DNA of 55,764 nucleotides from Candidatus Moranbacteria bacterium RIFOXYA12_FULL_35_19 (GTDB taxonomy: Bacteria > Patescibacteriota > Minisyncoccia > Moranbacterales > UBA2206), in assembly GCA_001784805.1 (NCBI GenBank), contig MFSE01000013.1:1-55764 (forward strand), read 5' to 3'. The position numbers and the translations under genes are program-made. Positions 20,027 to 29,833 of the stretch are shown here, piece by piece. Every line of letters starts with the position of its first letter. Within the stretch, counting starts at the first letter, position 1. The notes beneath the pieces are model-generated. The model was not told the origin of the DNA, did no database searches, and saw nothing but the letters and a program-made list of their open reading frames with translations.

Positions 20027-20959
20027 CTATAAAATATGAGCCTTGAAATCATCTGGCAACTCAATTTCGAATTTAAAATTCTGACCGTTTAAATTAAATT
20101 CGATCTTTTTAGCGCAAAGCAAATGTCGAACAATATTTTCTTTTGCTTTCATATTTTTTAGCCGATATTTTTCATCTCCTAAAATTGAATGACCAATCGA
20201 AGAAAGATGAATTCTAATTTGATGCATTCGACCAGTTTTCGGTTTTACTTCTACTAATGAATAGTTTTCAAATTCTTGCAATACTTTATATTCTGTCACG
20301 GCTTCACGAATTTTAGTTTTCGTTTTTGCTCTGGCTATTGTTTGTTTTTTATAATCTGCTGATCGCGCCAATGGCGCATCAATCAAACCTTTTTTATTTT
20401 CCAATTTTCCATACACTAAAGCCCAATATGTTTTTTGAATTTCTCGATTTTTAAATTTACTTTTAAGCACTTCAAATGTTTTTTGATTTCTCGCGACAAG
20501 CATTATCCCGCTAGTATCCTTGTCCAACCGATGCACTATCCCGGGACGATTTTCTGGTTCATCTCCGACTTTTTTTATTTCCGGAAATTTATAAATTAAA
20601 CCATTAACCAAAGTGTCTTGTTCTTTTTTTGCACTCGGATGAACTTGCAACCCCGCCGGTTTATTTATCACAATAATATTTTCATCTTTGTAGATTATTT
20701 CAAATTTAATTTTAGAGCTTGAAATTATTTCTTTTTGTTTCATGCTATATGTTTCATGTTTCATGACTTCAATCGCATCATTCTCTTTTAAAATATAGCT
20801 CGGTTTAACTGTTTTATTATTCACGGTGATATTCCCCGATTTAATATTTCTAATAATTTCCCCGCGGGTAATTTTTTCATCATTCAAAAAAAATCCCTGC
20901 ATTAGGAATCTATCAACTCTTTGACCTGAATTTTCTTTTGTTATAATTATTTTTTTCAT
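20027..20959 (-). CDS. RluA/RluD-family pseudouridine synthase
   Basis: S4 domain, NKPAG, HRLDKDTSG, GRMHQIRIH; true start ATG 20959. Confidence 0.93.
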   Translation of the reverse strand: MKKIIITKENSGQRVDRFLMQGFFLNDEKITRGEIIRNIKSGNITVNNKTVKPSYILKENDAIEVMKHETYSMKQKEIISSSKIKFEIIYKDENIIVINKPAGLQVHPSAKKEQDTLVNGLIYKFPEIKKVGDEPENRPGIVHRLDKDTSGIMLVARNQKTFEVLKSKFKNREIQKTYWALVYGKLENKKGLIDAPLARSADYKKQTIARAKTKTKIREAVTEYKVLQEFENYSLVEVKPKTGRMHQIRIHLSSIGHSILGDEKYRLKNMKAKENIVRHLLCAKKIEFNLNGQNFKFEIELPDDFKAHIL

Positions 20960-20962
20960 TTG

Positions 20963-21046
20963 TGCCCAGAAGAGGACTCGAACCTCCAATCCCTTGCGAG
21001 AACCAGTTCCTAAGACTGGCGCGTATACCAATTCCGCCATCTGGGC
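20963..21046 (-). tRNA. tRNA-Leu(TAG)
   Basis: CCAGT-CTTAGGA-ACTGG anticodon arm. Confidence 0.95.
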
Positions 21047-21064
21047 AAATTTATTCAATTTTTT

Positions 21065-21125
21065 CTCAATCCCTTGCGGGAATCCCGCCTTGGCGGGACG
21101 CGTATACCAATTCCGCCACCAAGGC
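21065..21125 (-). pseudogene. Truncated tRNA-Leu-like fragment
   Basis: Leu-type D-arm and variable arm; anticodon arm is TCCCGCCAAGGCGGGA; no T-arm or 3' acceptor strand. Confidence 0.7.
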
Positions 21126-21142
21126 AAATATTTTAAACCCAG

Positions 21143-21224
21143 TGCCGATGGTGGGACTTGAACCCACAAACCTTGCGGCACACGAACCTGAATCGTGCGT
21201 GTTTGCCAATTTCACCACATCGGC
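21143..21224 (-). tRNA. tRNA-Leu(CAG)
   Basis: CACGA-TTCAGGT-TCGTG anticodon arm. Confidence 0.95.
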
Positions 21225-21230
21225 TAATTT

Positions 21231-21524
21231 TTATTCCAATATTACTTTTAATCTTTTCACTTCTTCCGCTAGCACTCCTTCATTTTCATATTCACCATGA
21301 TGGCGCGTGTCATCGCCATAAGTTTCCTTTTTGGCATCTAAATGAATGCTGATTGTCATATTCGCTCCATTTACCTTAACATACATATGAAATCGCGGAT
21401 AGCCTGAAGCTGAAAATGGACGCACGAAACTCATTTCCTCGCCGGCTTGTCTTTGAAAAATATATCCCGCTCGACGAAGCAGATTAGCTGGGCTACTGGA
21501 AATGTTTTTAATTTCTAATATCAT
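21231..21524 (-). CDS. Hypothetical protein
   Basis: 97-aa ORF in the operon behind folD. Confidence 0.75.
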   Translation of the reverse strand: MILEIKNISSSPANLLRRAGYIFQRQAGEEMSFVRPFSASGYPRFHMYVKVNGANMTISIHLDAKKETYGDDTRHHGEYENEGVLAEEVKRLKVILE

Positions 21525-21608
21525 ATTTTTACTAATTACTAATCAAATACTAATATACTAATCTACAAATTATTCGTATATTCGTACAAGATTAGTAATT
21601 AGTAAAGA

Positions 21609-22475
21609 TTAACTTAATTTATCAGCAAAATCTTTTGCCGACTTCACAGTATTTTTAAGTAATTCAACAACCGTCATCGGCCCTACTCCACCGGGCACAG
21701 GCGTAATTGCGCTGGCAATTTTGGAAACTTCCGAAAAATCCACATCGCCCACCAATTTTCCCTCGTTGTTTCGATTCATTCCAACATCCACAACAGCTGC
21801 TCCTTGTTTTACCATATCCGCCGTAATTAGTCCAGCATGCCCCACTGCCGAAATCAAGATATCCGCCCCTAAGCATTTTTCTTTCAAATTTTTTGTTTTG
21901 GAATTACAAACGGTCACTGTCGCGCCAGCGTTTATCATCATTAATGCCAAGGGTTTTCCTACAATATTACTTCGCCCAACAATCACCACATCTTTGCCAA
22001 TTATTTCAATTTCAGATCTTTTTAAAATTTCCAAAATTCCTGCCGGCGTGCAAGGTAAAAAAAATTCTTGGCCTAAACCTAAAAATATTTTCCCGATATT
22101 TTCCGGATGGAAACAGTCTACATCTTTTTTGAGATCGATCGCCAAAATTATTTTTTCTTTGTCAATATGTTTTGGCAATGGCAATTGAACCAAAATTCCA
22201 CTAATTGTTTCATCTTTATTTAATTTTGTGATTAATTTTATTATTTCTTCTTGGGATATTTTTTCTTCCAACTCATACACTTCCGAACTAATTCCAACTT
22301 CTTCACAAGCTCGTTTTTTATTTTTTACATAAATTTTAGAAGCACTGTCTTCCCCCACAATTATCACTGCGAGCCCTGGCACGATTCCTTTTTCTTTTAA
22401 CCTTAAAACTTCAGATTTGATTTCTGTTTTCAGTTCTTGGGCTATTTTTTTCCCATCCAATATTTTAGTATCCAT
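21609..22475 (-). CDS. folD: Methylenetetrahydrofolate dehydrogenase/cyclohydrolase
   Basis: ILVQLPLP, KDVDCFHP, PCTP, GRSNIVGKP, TPVPGGVGPMT. Confidence 0.96.
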   Translation of the reverse strand: MDTKILDGKKIAQELKTEIKSEVLRLKEKGIVPGLAVIIVGEDSASKIYVKNKKRACEEVGISSEVYELEEKISQEEIIKLITKLNKDETISGILVQLPLPKHIDKEKIILAIDLKKDVDCFHPENIGKIFLGLGQEFFLPCTPAGILEILKRSEIEIIGKDVVIVGRSNIVGKPLALMMINAGATVTVCNSKTKNLKEKCLGADILISAVGHAGLITADMVKQGAAVVDVGMNRNNEGKLVGDVDFSEVSKIASAITPVPGGVGPMTVVELLKNTVKSAKDFADKLS

Positions 22476-22536
22476 ATGCAGTTTATTAATTTTAATTTCG
22501 TACTTTCGTATTTCGTTTATTTCGTATTTCGTAAAA

Positions 22537-23196
22537 CTAAATTATTTCATCCTTAACTTTTTTTAATATTTGCACCGCTTTTTCATCTTCGCGAAGTTCT
22601 TGAATTAATTTTATTATTTCTTCTAATTTGTTTGATATTTTTTGTTTGCTTAAAAATATTTTTATCGTTTTATCATTTGGCTTTACTTCAATATACTTAG
22701 CTACTATTGCATACCATAAATTAAATGTTTCTGGCAAAATATCTGTATTAACCTTAGCAAATGGAGCATGATTGAAATAGCTCACTATTTTTTCCCAATT
22801 ATTATATTCCTCATAAACAAGCTCGTCTTCTAACAATTTTGCCGCTAAACCTCTAGTATAGCCTACCTCATTTAAAGAATAAAAGCTATATTTATTCAAA
22901 ATTTCCTCTCTCTTCATATCACAATATAAATGAAACTTCCAGCCGGCCTCAAAAGAAGTTAGCCCAGAAAAATTCAAATCCAAAACAGGAAAATAAAGGT
23001 GAGTATCTTTTCTTTTTATATTTTTATCAATCCGCCGAATATCCGGAAAAACACAACCCAAAATAAACTCGTCCCGATTGATTTTACTCGTCGGCACCAA
23101 AAGCGTTTTCTCATCTTCCAAATCATTAAGACCCTCCGAATCCAATCGGTCAAAATATTTCTTTGCATAAACAATGTGCGCAATTTGTGAAGCCAT
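22537..23196 (-). CDS. Hypothetical protein (possible Zn-dependent hydrolase fold)
   Basis: N-terminal His, FILGCVFPDI, HLYCD motifs. Confidence 0.65.
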   Translation of the reverse strand: MASQIAHIVYAKKYFDRLDSEGLNDLEDEKTLLVPTSKINRDEFILGCVFPDIRRIDKNIKRKDTHLYFPVLDLNFSGLTSFEAGWKFHLYCDMKREEILNKYSFYSLNEVGYTRGLAAKLLEDELVYEEYNNWEKIVSYFNHAPFAKVNTDILPETFNLWYAIVAKYIEVKPNDKTIKIFLSKQKISNKLEEIIKLIQELREDEKAVQILKKVKDEII

Positions 23197-23203
23197 GTTT
23201 TTA

Positions 23204-23968
23204 TTATAGCTTTTCTGGTAAAATATTCCAGAGCAAATTAAAGGTTAGTTTTTGAAGCTCAACCAATTCTTTGGATTCTATGATAATCGCCATTTTTTCT
23301 TCCCAAGAAACAATCAGCATTTTGTTGTTATAAATATTTACTTCCGGCGAAAAAGTCATTTCACTTTCTGGCAAAAATCGCGTTTCTCTCATTTCTTCTT
23401 GATTATGCTTTGAGCGTTCAATTGACAATTCATTCTGGGGAATAATAGCCCTGATAAAAATTTTATTTTTTGTTCTTCTAGCATAGTATTCCGGAAAAAA
23501 ATTCGGCAGTCCCTTGTGCATTGTTTCAACATTAGCATAAGCAAAAATAATTCCTTTTGAATTCAAAGTGTCTTCATAGGCTTCTCGCATGCCCTTTTCT
23601 CCTTCAAAAAATTGGATTTTTGGCTTGGCAGTATAGATATTTTGAAGAGAAATAAGTTGTGGTAAAAGTTCGGTGACTTTTTGTTTTTGTTTTTCGATTT
23701 CCTTGTCTTTTTCTTCTTTTTCTCGATCTAAATATGTTAAAAGATGTTTTGGCTCAAGCGCATTGAAAAAAGTCGAGGCGCCTTTTTTATATTTACTAAT
23801 CAACCCTTTTTGAAGCAAAACATCACAAATATCATAAATAGTCGTCCGATTAAGACCTGTTTTCCGAGATATTTCTTTGGCTTTCGCCGAACCCAACTCG
23901 ACAAGAGCCAAATATATCACTGTCTCTTTTTCAGAGAAGTTTAGTTGATTTAGGAGATTTTTTATCAT
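23204..23968 (-). CDS. TrmB-family transcriptional regulator (copy 3)
   Basis: FSEKETVIYLAL, LNRTTIY, FFEGEKG, EVNIYNNK; ATG 23968 lies downstream of a TTGACA-17-TATACT promoter. Confidence 0.88.
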   Translation of the reverse strand: MIKNLLNQLNFSEKETVIYLALVELGSAKAKEISRKTGLNRTTIYDICDVLLQKGLISKYKKGASTFFNALEPKHLLTYLDREKEEKDKEIEKQKQKVTELLPQLISLQNIYTAKPKIQFFEGEKGMREAYEDTLNSKGIIFAYANVETMHKGLPNFFPEYYARRTKNKIFIRAIIPQNELSIERSKHNQEEMRETRFLPESEMTFSPEVNIYNNKMLIVSWEEKMAIIIESKELVELQKLTFNLLWNILPEKL

Positions 23969-24148
23969 TTGTTGTGGAAAATATTTCGACACTTTTAGTA
24001 TATCAAACAAAGACTAGATTGTCAATTTCATAAAATAACCAGTCCACCAATAAACATCCTATCGCAACCTAATATATACTATTTTATTATGATAAAAATA
24101 AGTTTATCATAATAAAAAATAAATCATTTGAAAAAGAGGAGGAGGAAA

Positions 24149-24409
24149 ATGAAAAAAATATTTCCAAAAATAAGGGCCCTTTTGCCTTGCAGAAGAACGG
24201 TGAAATATTTTATCTTTGTCTTATTTATGACAATGACAATATTTCTCGGTCCAATATTTATTCCCGAGGGCTTAGTGTTTTTCGCAATTATATTCCCCGT
24301 AGTTAGCCCTTTTCTCTTACTATTTGGTTGGCCATGTGTTATAGCCAACTGGAAAGACCCGTCTGGCTGGGATAAGGAGGCCAGCCCTGGAAAATCAGTT
24401 GTTAAATAA
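24149..24409 (+). CDS. Orphan small membrane protein, divergent from TrmB
   Basis: SD GAGGAGGAGG, two TM helices, terminator at 24421-24450. Confidence 0.7.
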   Translation: MKKIFPKIRALLPCRRTVKYFIFVLFMTMTIFLGPIFIPEGLVFFAIIFPVVSPFLLLFGWPCVIANWKDPSGWDKEASPGKSVVK

Positions 24410-24507
24410 AATAGTAACAAGGCAGATCGCCCACGCGCGCTCTGCCTTTTAAAATAATTAAGAAAGCCACAAAAAAATTTAATTTTGTGGCTTTTCTCAC
24501 GATCTTC

Positions 24508-24810
24508 TTACTCTTTTTTTTCTTTTTCTTCTTTTTCAAAAAATCCTGTTTTCGTACGGTGCACATAGACAAATGCTAAGTAAGACAACGAGAACATCAA
24601 TAAAGAAACTGTTTCTGCTAGTAAAAGCAAATCTGCCTTTAAAAACATACACCCTGAAATTAATGCTAAAATCGTTCCAGTCAAGAAGGAGAATCTAACA
24701 CCCCTAAACGACTTTTTAGCACAGAAGAAAATAACACTGGCAACTACTAACGAATAAATAATAACAATCACAATCTGAATGATTATTGTTCCACTAGTAA
24801 TTTGCATCAT
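24508..24810 (-). CDS. Orphan membrane protein, divergent from TrmB
   Basis: SD AAGGAGG, three TM helices, TTGACA-17-TAGACT promoter. Confidence 0.7.
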   Translation of the reverse strand: MMQITSGTIIIQIVIVIIYSLVVASVIFFCAKKSFRGVRFSFLTGTILALISGCMFLKADLLLLAETVSLLMFSLSYLAFVYVHRTKTGFFEKEEKEKKE

Positions 24811-24999
24811 CTGCCTCCTTTAAATTGATATGTTTTTAAAAAACCTTCTTCAAAAAAAGTCTAGCGCACTTCTTATTTATTGTCAAGTTTTTTCGTCTGT
24901 TTTTTGTTTAATATAAGCCTACATTTACTATTTTGTGGAATTATATTGACACAATTAAAATTTTATATTAAACTAGGAGTATAAATAACTCTCATAAAT

Positions 25000-25830
25000 A
25001 TGAATAACAAATTAGAAGAATTGGGTTTTAATAAAAAAGAAGCCCGAGTGTATATGGCTCTCTTAGAATCAGGACCGGCTCCTGTTTCTAAAATTGCACG
25101 CTTAGCAAAAATAAACAGAACGACTGGTTATGATATCTTAGAAAGATTAGTAGGGAAAAAACTAGTTAGACCCTCAAAGAAATCGGGAAAAATTGTTTAT
25201 ATAGCTGAAAATCCAGAAAATATTCAAAAACTCTTAGAAGAAGAGGCAAATAATTATTTAAGAATGTCAAAAAAAGCTTGTGAATTATTGCCGAATTTAA
25301 AATCTTTGTATCTTGAGATTGAAAACAAGCCGATTGTCAAATTTTATGAAGGATTAGAAGGCTTAAAATCACTTTATGAAGATAGTTTAACTAGTAGCGA
25401 AGAAATTCGTTCCTATACTTCAACTACTGACTTAAATGAAGTTCTGGGAAAATATGCGGAAGACTATTTTAGTAGAAGATCCTCGAAAAATATTTCTATT
25501 CGATCCATTGTACCAGTAGCTGAATACGGAATTAAGTTAAAACGTAATGGTCCAAAATTAAAGCGCTATGTTAAGCTTGTTCCTTCAGACCGCTTTGGCT
25601 TTTCGCCAGAAATCTATATTTATGATAACAAACTAACCGTTATGTCTTTACGAGAACGTTTTGGAGTTTATATTGAGAGCAAGGAAATATCTGAAGCGCT
25701 AAAAAAATCTTATGAACTTGCATGGGAACAAGCTGATAAATATGATAGAAAAATTGAAGAAGATATAAAAGCTGGCAAAGAAATTACCTTAACAAAAAAC
25801 GGTAAGCTTTATAAAAAATCCTTACAGTAA
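25000..25830 (+). CDS. TrmB-family transcriptional regulator (copy 4)
   Basis: LGFNKKEARVY, INRTTGY, FYEGLEG, EIYIYDNK. Confidence 0.88.
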   Translation: MNNKLEELGFNKKEARVYMALLESGPAPVSKIARLAKINRTTGYDILERLVGKKLVRPSKKSGKIVYIAENPENIQKLLEEEANNYLRMSKKACELLPNLKSLYLEIENKPIVKFYEGLEGLKSLYEDSLTSSEEIRSYTSTTDLNEVLGKYAEDYFSRRSSKNISIRSIVPVAEYGIKLKRNGPKLKRYVKLVPSDRFGFSPEIYIYDNKLTVMSLRERFGVYIESKEISEALKKSYELAWEQADKYDRKIEEDIKAGKEITLTKNGKLYKKSLQ

Positions 25831-25857
25831 CATTTCACTCCACCCAATATTTCTTCA

Positions 25858-26292
25858 TTAATTCTTTTTCAAGATTTTTTTAGCTTCTTTCAAAAAATCC
25901 CCTGCACTTTCCAACATACTTTCAGTTCCGGTTTTGTCAAAATCGCCATAATAATCAGCATTTTCGCGAAGAGATTTTCCCAGTTGAAGTGCTTCTAAGA
26001 ATTTATAACTCAAAATATTTTCTGAAATATACAAAGACTTTAAGGCCTCCATCAAACAAAAATGACTTTTCTCGCGATAACCTTTTTTATAAATCAAAGC
26101 TCTGGCCGTATGAAACATTGAATAATAAGTTTGGATTGTGCTCCATTTATAATTCTTTTGCACAAAACTATCTTGGGCTATTTTCAAATCTTCCTTGGCT
26201 AAATCCAATTCTTTCGAAACTAACTGTCTGGCTTTGGAAAATGTTTTTATTTTTCCTCTCTCTAAACATTTTTCAAATTCCCTAGTCTTCAT
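25858..26292 (-). CDS. HEPN domain protein (toxin of MNT-HEPN pair)
   Basis: YYSMFHTARAL, REKSH, LRENADY; overlaps the MNT stop. Confidence 0.85.
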   Translation of the reverse strand: MKTREFEKCLERGKIKTFSKARQLVSKELDLAKEDLKIAQDSFVQKNYKWSTIQTYYSMFHTARALIYKKGYREKSHFCLMEALKSLYISENILSYKFLEALQLGKSLRENADYYGDFDKTGTESMLESAGDFLKEAKKILKKN

Positions 26293-26818
26293 TTTTTTCC
26301 CAAAGCACTCTGCCTTTTTCAATCTCTTGAAAAAGCAAGGGCTTATTTTTATTAATTTTTATCATTTCAATAGGAGTTTTTGCAATTAGTTGAATTTTTT
26401 CCACAAAAAAAGAATTATTTATTATTTTTCTGACATTTTTCAAATTGTTTGTGAGAATAAAAAGATCAATATCACTGTCTTTCTTGTTGGTTCCGCTGGC
26501 AAATGATCCAAATAAAATAATTTTTATACTTTCCAGTCTTAATTTTTCCACCAAAGGCTCAAGCGCCAAAATATTCAAAAGAATTTTCATCTCCCGAATT
26601 AAATTGTTTTTAACATCAGCCCTGTAAAGAGAGCTTCTGCCAATTTTTCTGTGACTTATCAATTTATTTCTAACTAAAAGATGCAACGCTAAATTAACCG
26701 CCGATTTCTTGACACCTGTTTTTTTGGAAATTTCTTTTTCTTGAAATTCTTCTCCGACATTTTCGCATATAAAAGCTAATATCTTTTGTTGAGAAGTAGT
26801 AAAAAATAGCTCTTTCAT
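26282..26818 (-). CDS. wHTH-minimal nucleotidyltransferase (MNT antitoxin)
   Basis: N-terminal HTH; LFGSFASG and DSDIDL motifs. Confidence 0.87.
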   Translation of the reverse strand: MKELFFTTSQQKILAFICENVGEEFQEKEISKKTGVKKSAVNLALHLLVRNKLISHRKIGRSSLYRADVKNNLIREMKILLNILALEPLVEKLRLESIKIILFGSFASGTNKKDSDIDLFILTNNLKNVRKIINNSFFVEKIQLIAKTPIEMIKINKNKPLLFQEIEKGRVLWEKNED

Positions 26819-26832
26819 GGTTTTATATTATA

Positions 26833-26868
26833 TTCCATTATTTTGGATATATTTCCATTATAATGGAA
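26833..26868. promoter_or_regulatory. Probable autoregulatory operator of MNT-HEPN
   Basis: Perfect palindrome TTCCATTATAATGGAA (26853-26868) plus a degenerate copy at 26833-26847. Confidence 0.6.
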
Positions 26869-26954
26869 CATAGCAAATATGTCAACTATTCCGCGCGCTC
26901 TGCCTTTTTTATTTTGCATTTTTATTTTATACCCTAGTTTTCAACAACATCCCT

Positions 26955-26991
26955 TGTCTCACTTTTATGCATATGCACAAAGCTGATTATT
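26955..26991. repeat. Isolated TATGCATATGCACA palindrome
   Basis: Core at 26966-26979; same family as the PaaX-like gene flanks. Confidence 0.75.
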
Positions 26992-27232
26992 CTAATTTTT
27001 TTGGAAATACTTCAATTATCTCGGAAAGAATATCGTACACTCTTACTCTCTCATTAAAGTTGAGCTTTTTGAAAAGCTTAGGCTCCACCCTAAAGCTCAA
27101 CTTTTTTACTTATCTACTCACATGACTATTGCACAGCATATTATAGAAAAGTCAGGACTATTTGATATTATAGTAAAGAATAGTCTTTTTTTGTTTTTTG
27201 TTTTATGCTATATGCTTCATGCTACATGTTTT

Positions 27233-27976
27233 TTATATCGCCACACTATTCCAAATCATATCAAAAATTGCCTTTTGCGCTTCGGCAAATTCGTGCGATT
27301 GGATAATAAAGCCTAATTTTTCCTCTTTCGTCGAAATCATCGCTACCTTGTCATCATAAATACAAACATATGGCTTGATAATAATTTCTTCTGGTACAAA
27401 CCGCACCTCGCGAAGTTCTTTGGCATGAATGATACCAGCTTCTCTTTCGGGTTTATATTTAAAAGAACGCAACGCTTGACTCTTGATTCCAGTCTTAATT
27501 CTTCTTTCTACAAAATCATCCACAAATTCCTTGCCCATCAACTCTTCCAAGTTAAAATCTGAAAGATAATATCTTTCTTTTTTCTCTTTATTGGTAAGAG
27601 CGTCTTCAAAAAGTTTTTTCATCCCACTGATATTTCGATAAATTTTAATTTCTGGTTGATAAATACCTGCGCCAAAAATATTTTTTAATTCAGGAATTGA
27701 ATATTGAATGATTTTTTTTCTTTCTTCTAGCAAATTATTCAGGCTAATTTCAGGATCTTCTGCTACGTAGAACTTTTTATTATCCAAAATAATTTGAACT
27801 ACCAAATTTTTTCCAAGCAAAGAATCCAAGCAATGATAAACGGTTGTTCTTTTGACTTCTGCCAATCTAGCAATCTGAGCCACAGTCGCTTTTTTGAGCT
27901 TTAAAAGAGCCAAATAAATGTCTTTTTCTTTGCCCAAAATACCTAAATATTCAAAATTTTTATCTAAATTTTCCAT
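27233..27976 (-). CDS. TrmB-family transcriptional regulator (copy 5)
   Basis: KEKDIYLALL, VKRTTVY, CIYDDKVAMIS. Confidence 0.87.
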   Translation of the reverse strand: MENLDKNFEYLGILGKEKDIYLALLKLKKATVAQIARLAEVKRTTVYHCLDSLLGKNLVVQIILDNKKFYVAEDPEISLNNLLEERKKIIQYSIPELKNIFGAGIYQPEIKIYRNISGMKKLFEDALTNKEKKERYYLSDFNLEELMGKEFVDDFVERRIKTGIKSQALRSFKYKPEREAGIIHAKELREVRFVPEEIIIKPYVCIYDDKVAMISTKEEKLGFIIQSHEFAEAQKAIFDMIWNSVAI

Positions 27977-28191
27977 TACATTTTACTTTTTGTCGACATT
28001 TATGGTTGTTATTTATATTCTATATTATCCCTTAAATAAAGTCAATATGCCTTATTTTTATATCAAGATAACCCTATTCATTGACAATTTTGCAATTTTA
28101 GAGTATACTACACTGTTACGATGAAATTGGTTCATCAGTAACAATAAAAAAAACGAGTTCGTTGAAAATTGAATAATAAAGGAGAGGGGAA

Positions 28192-28545
28192 ATGACAAAT
28201 AAAACATGTTTGAGTGTTTTAGTTTTAACGGACAACATTCACGCCAATAATTTAAAAGAGGAATTAGAGTTCCTCATTAATAGAAACAATGGGGCTACTT
28301 GTACGAGTAACGCAGAAAATCCTCCGGAGGTCGTGGTAATAATAAATTACATGGGAGGCTATAAATATTACGTAGAAGATTTCCATCCTAAAGAAAAGAT
28401 TATCGTATTTGATTTATGTGCCAGAGGACCCTTTCGAGTAAAAAATATTCCATCGAATGTTGTTGTAAACTATTGCATTGAAGAAGTAATGACCACGCTA
28501 TACAATATTTATCTAAAAAAGATAGTTATAAAAAGGGGTGAGTGA
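28192..28545 (+). CDS. Orphan protein, divergent from TrmB
   Basis: SD AAGGAG, TTGACA-17-TATACT at 28081-28109, terminator at about 28563-28597. Confidence 0.7.
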   Translation: MTNKTCLSVLVLTDNIHANNLKEELEFLINRNNGATCTSNAENPPEVVVIINYMGGYKYYVEDFHPKEKIIVFDLCARGPFRVKNIPSNVVVNYCIEEVMTTLYNIYLKKIVIKRGE

Positions 28546-28669
28546 ATAAGGAGTATTAACCAAAGGCAGTTGATCAAACCTGATCACTGCCTTTTTTCTT
28601 TTTTATTGTATTAAATTTCAAATCTTTAACTGAACACAGTTTCCGCCTCTTTTTATTTTCAAAAACTTA

Positions 28670-29464
28670 TTACATTTTTTCTGCAACTATTATTTGAAAA
28701 AATGGTGTTTTATATTCATCCGGATATTCGTTTTTTAATTCTTCTGGGGCAGTAATTTCCCTAAACTCAACAATCCTTAATCCTGCTTTTGCAAAAGCAT
28801 TTATATATTCACCCAGTGTTCGATGTTTGTGTTGAATAATCGTTTTTGATCCATCTTGTGAATTCAAAGTTATTTTTATTTGAAAATGTTCTTTATACCC
28901 TCCCTCTTTTACCGCTTCCCTAGTTGTGTCTTTTGTGTGATGCATATATTCAGTTACCGCATGAGGGTCAAGTGCAATAATTTGTCCTCCTTTTATTATT
29001 TTTTCACTAGCTTTTTTCAAAATTTCTGACATATTTTCAACTGGATCAATGTTATGAAGCACGAAAGAAAAAATCCCTTTTTCAAATAGTTCCTCTTTTA
29101 TTTCTGAAATTTCATCTATCTTCATTAGATCACTTTGAAAATATCTAATCCCTTGAGACAATGCCTCCTCTTCTTTTTTTGCTCTGTTCAACATGCCTTC
29201 CGATCTTTCTATTCCAGTTACCGAAGCTCCATTTTTTGCTAAAATTCTTGCCATATTCCCAGGACCTGAACCTAAATCTAAAATTTTCTTATTTTGCACT
29301 TCGCCAATAGTTTTAACGAATTCTTTTTCTACTACTTCTTTTTCAAAACCAGACCATTCATAAGATGAAGCCATTTTGTCCCATTGTTTTTCAATTTGTT
29401 CAGAAACCATTTCACTTTTTTGAGGAACACTATTTGTATCGATAAAACTTTTTTCACTAGGCAT
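28670..29464 (-). CDS. Class I SAM-dependent methyltransferase
   Basis: ILDLGSGPG motif I, VTGIERSEGML. Confidence 0.88.
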   Translation of the reverse strand: MPSEKSFIDTNSVPQKSEMVSEQIEKQWDKMASSYEWSGFEKEVVEKEFVKTIGEVQNKKILDLGSGPGNMARILAKNGASVTGIERSEGMLNRAKKEEEALSQGIRYFQSDLMKIDEISEIKEELFEKGIFSFVLHNIDPVENMSEILKKASEKIIKGGQIIALDPHAVTEYMHHTKDTTREAVKEGGYKEHFQIKITLNSQDGSKTIIQHKHRTLGEYINAFAKAGLRIVEFREITAPEELKNEYPDEYKTPFFQIIVAEKM

Positions 29465-29535
29465 ATTTATAATGTTAATTTGTTAATAATAATTATGTGT
29501 TTTATTCCACCCAATATTTTTTCTTCCTCAAAAAA

Positions 29536-29829
29536 TTATTTTTCAACAATAAATTTTCCTTGGCTAATATCTTTGAGAAGATCCAATGTTGCTTTAACGG
29601 AAGAATTCTCTGTGTTTTTCATGGTCAGCCTATCGCCGAATTTATTTTGTAGTGGAGTCAAAAATTCATCTCCCCAAGAAGGCGTGAAAGTGTTGACTCC
29701 TTCAAAGTCAATTTCAATTTTTTCATTTTCACCAACTGAATTCAAGACAGGCTGAAAAGCCGCCAAAGCTTCCTTGCCGGCTTGGCGCGAAATCAAAGTA
29801 GTTCCAAATTTTTTTAGTTGTATAATCAT
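29536..29829 (-). CDS. STAS-like (DUF4325) protein
   Basis: LISRQAG and IDFEGVNTFTPSWGDEFL motifs. Confidence 0.75.
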   Translation of the reverse strand: MIIQLKKFGTTLISRQAGKEALAAFQPVLNSVGENEKIEIDFEGVNTFTPSWGDEFLTPLQNKFGDRLTMKNTENSSVKATLDLLKDISQGKFIVEK

Positions 29830-29833
29830 AAAG

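Noticed and set aside
20960..21181. N-terminal extension of the pseudouridine synthase in the ORF track
   Set aside because: It reads through tRNA genes; the real start is ATG 20959.
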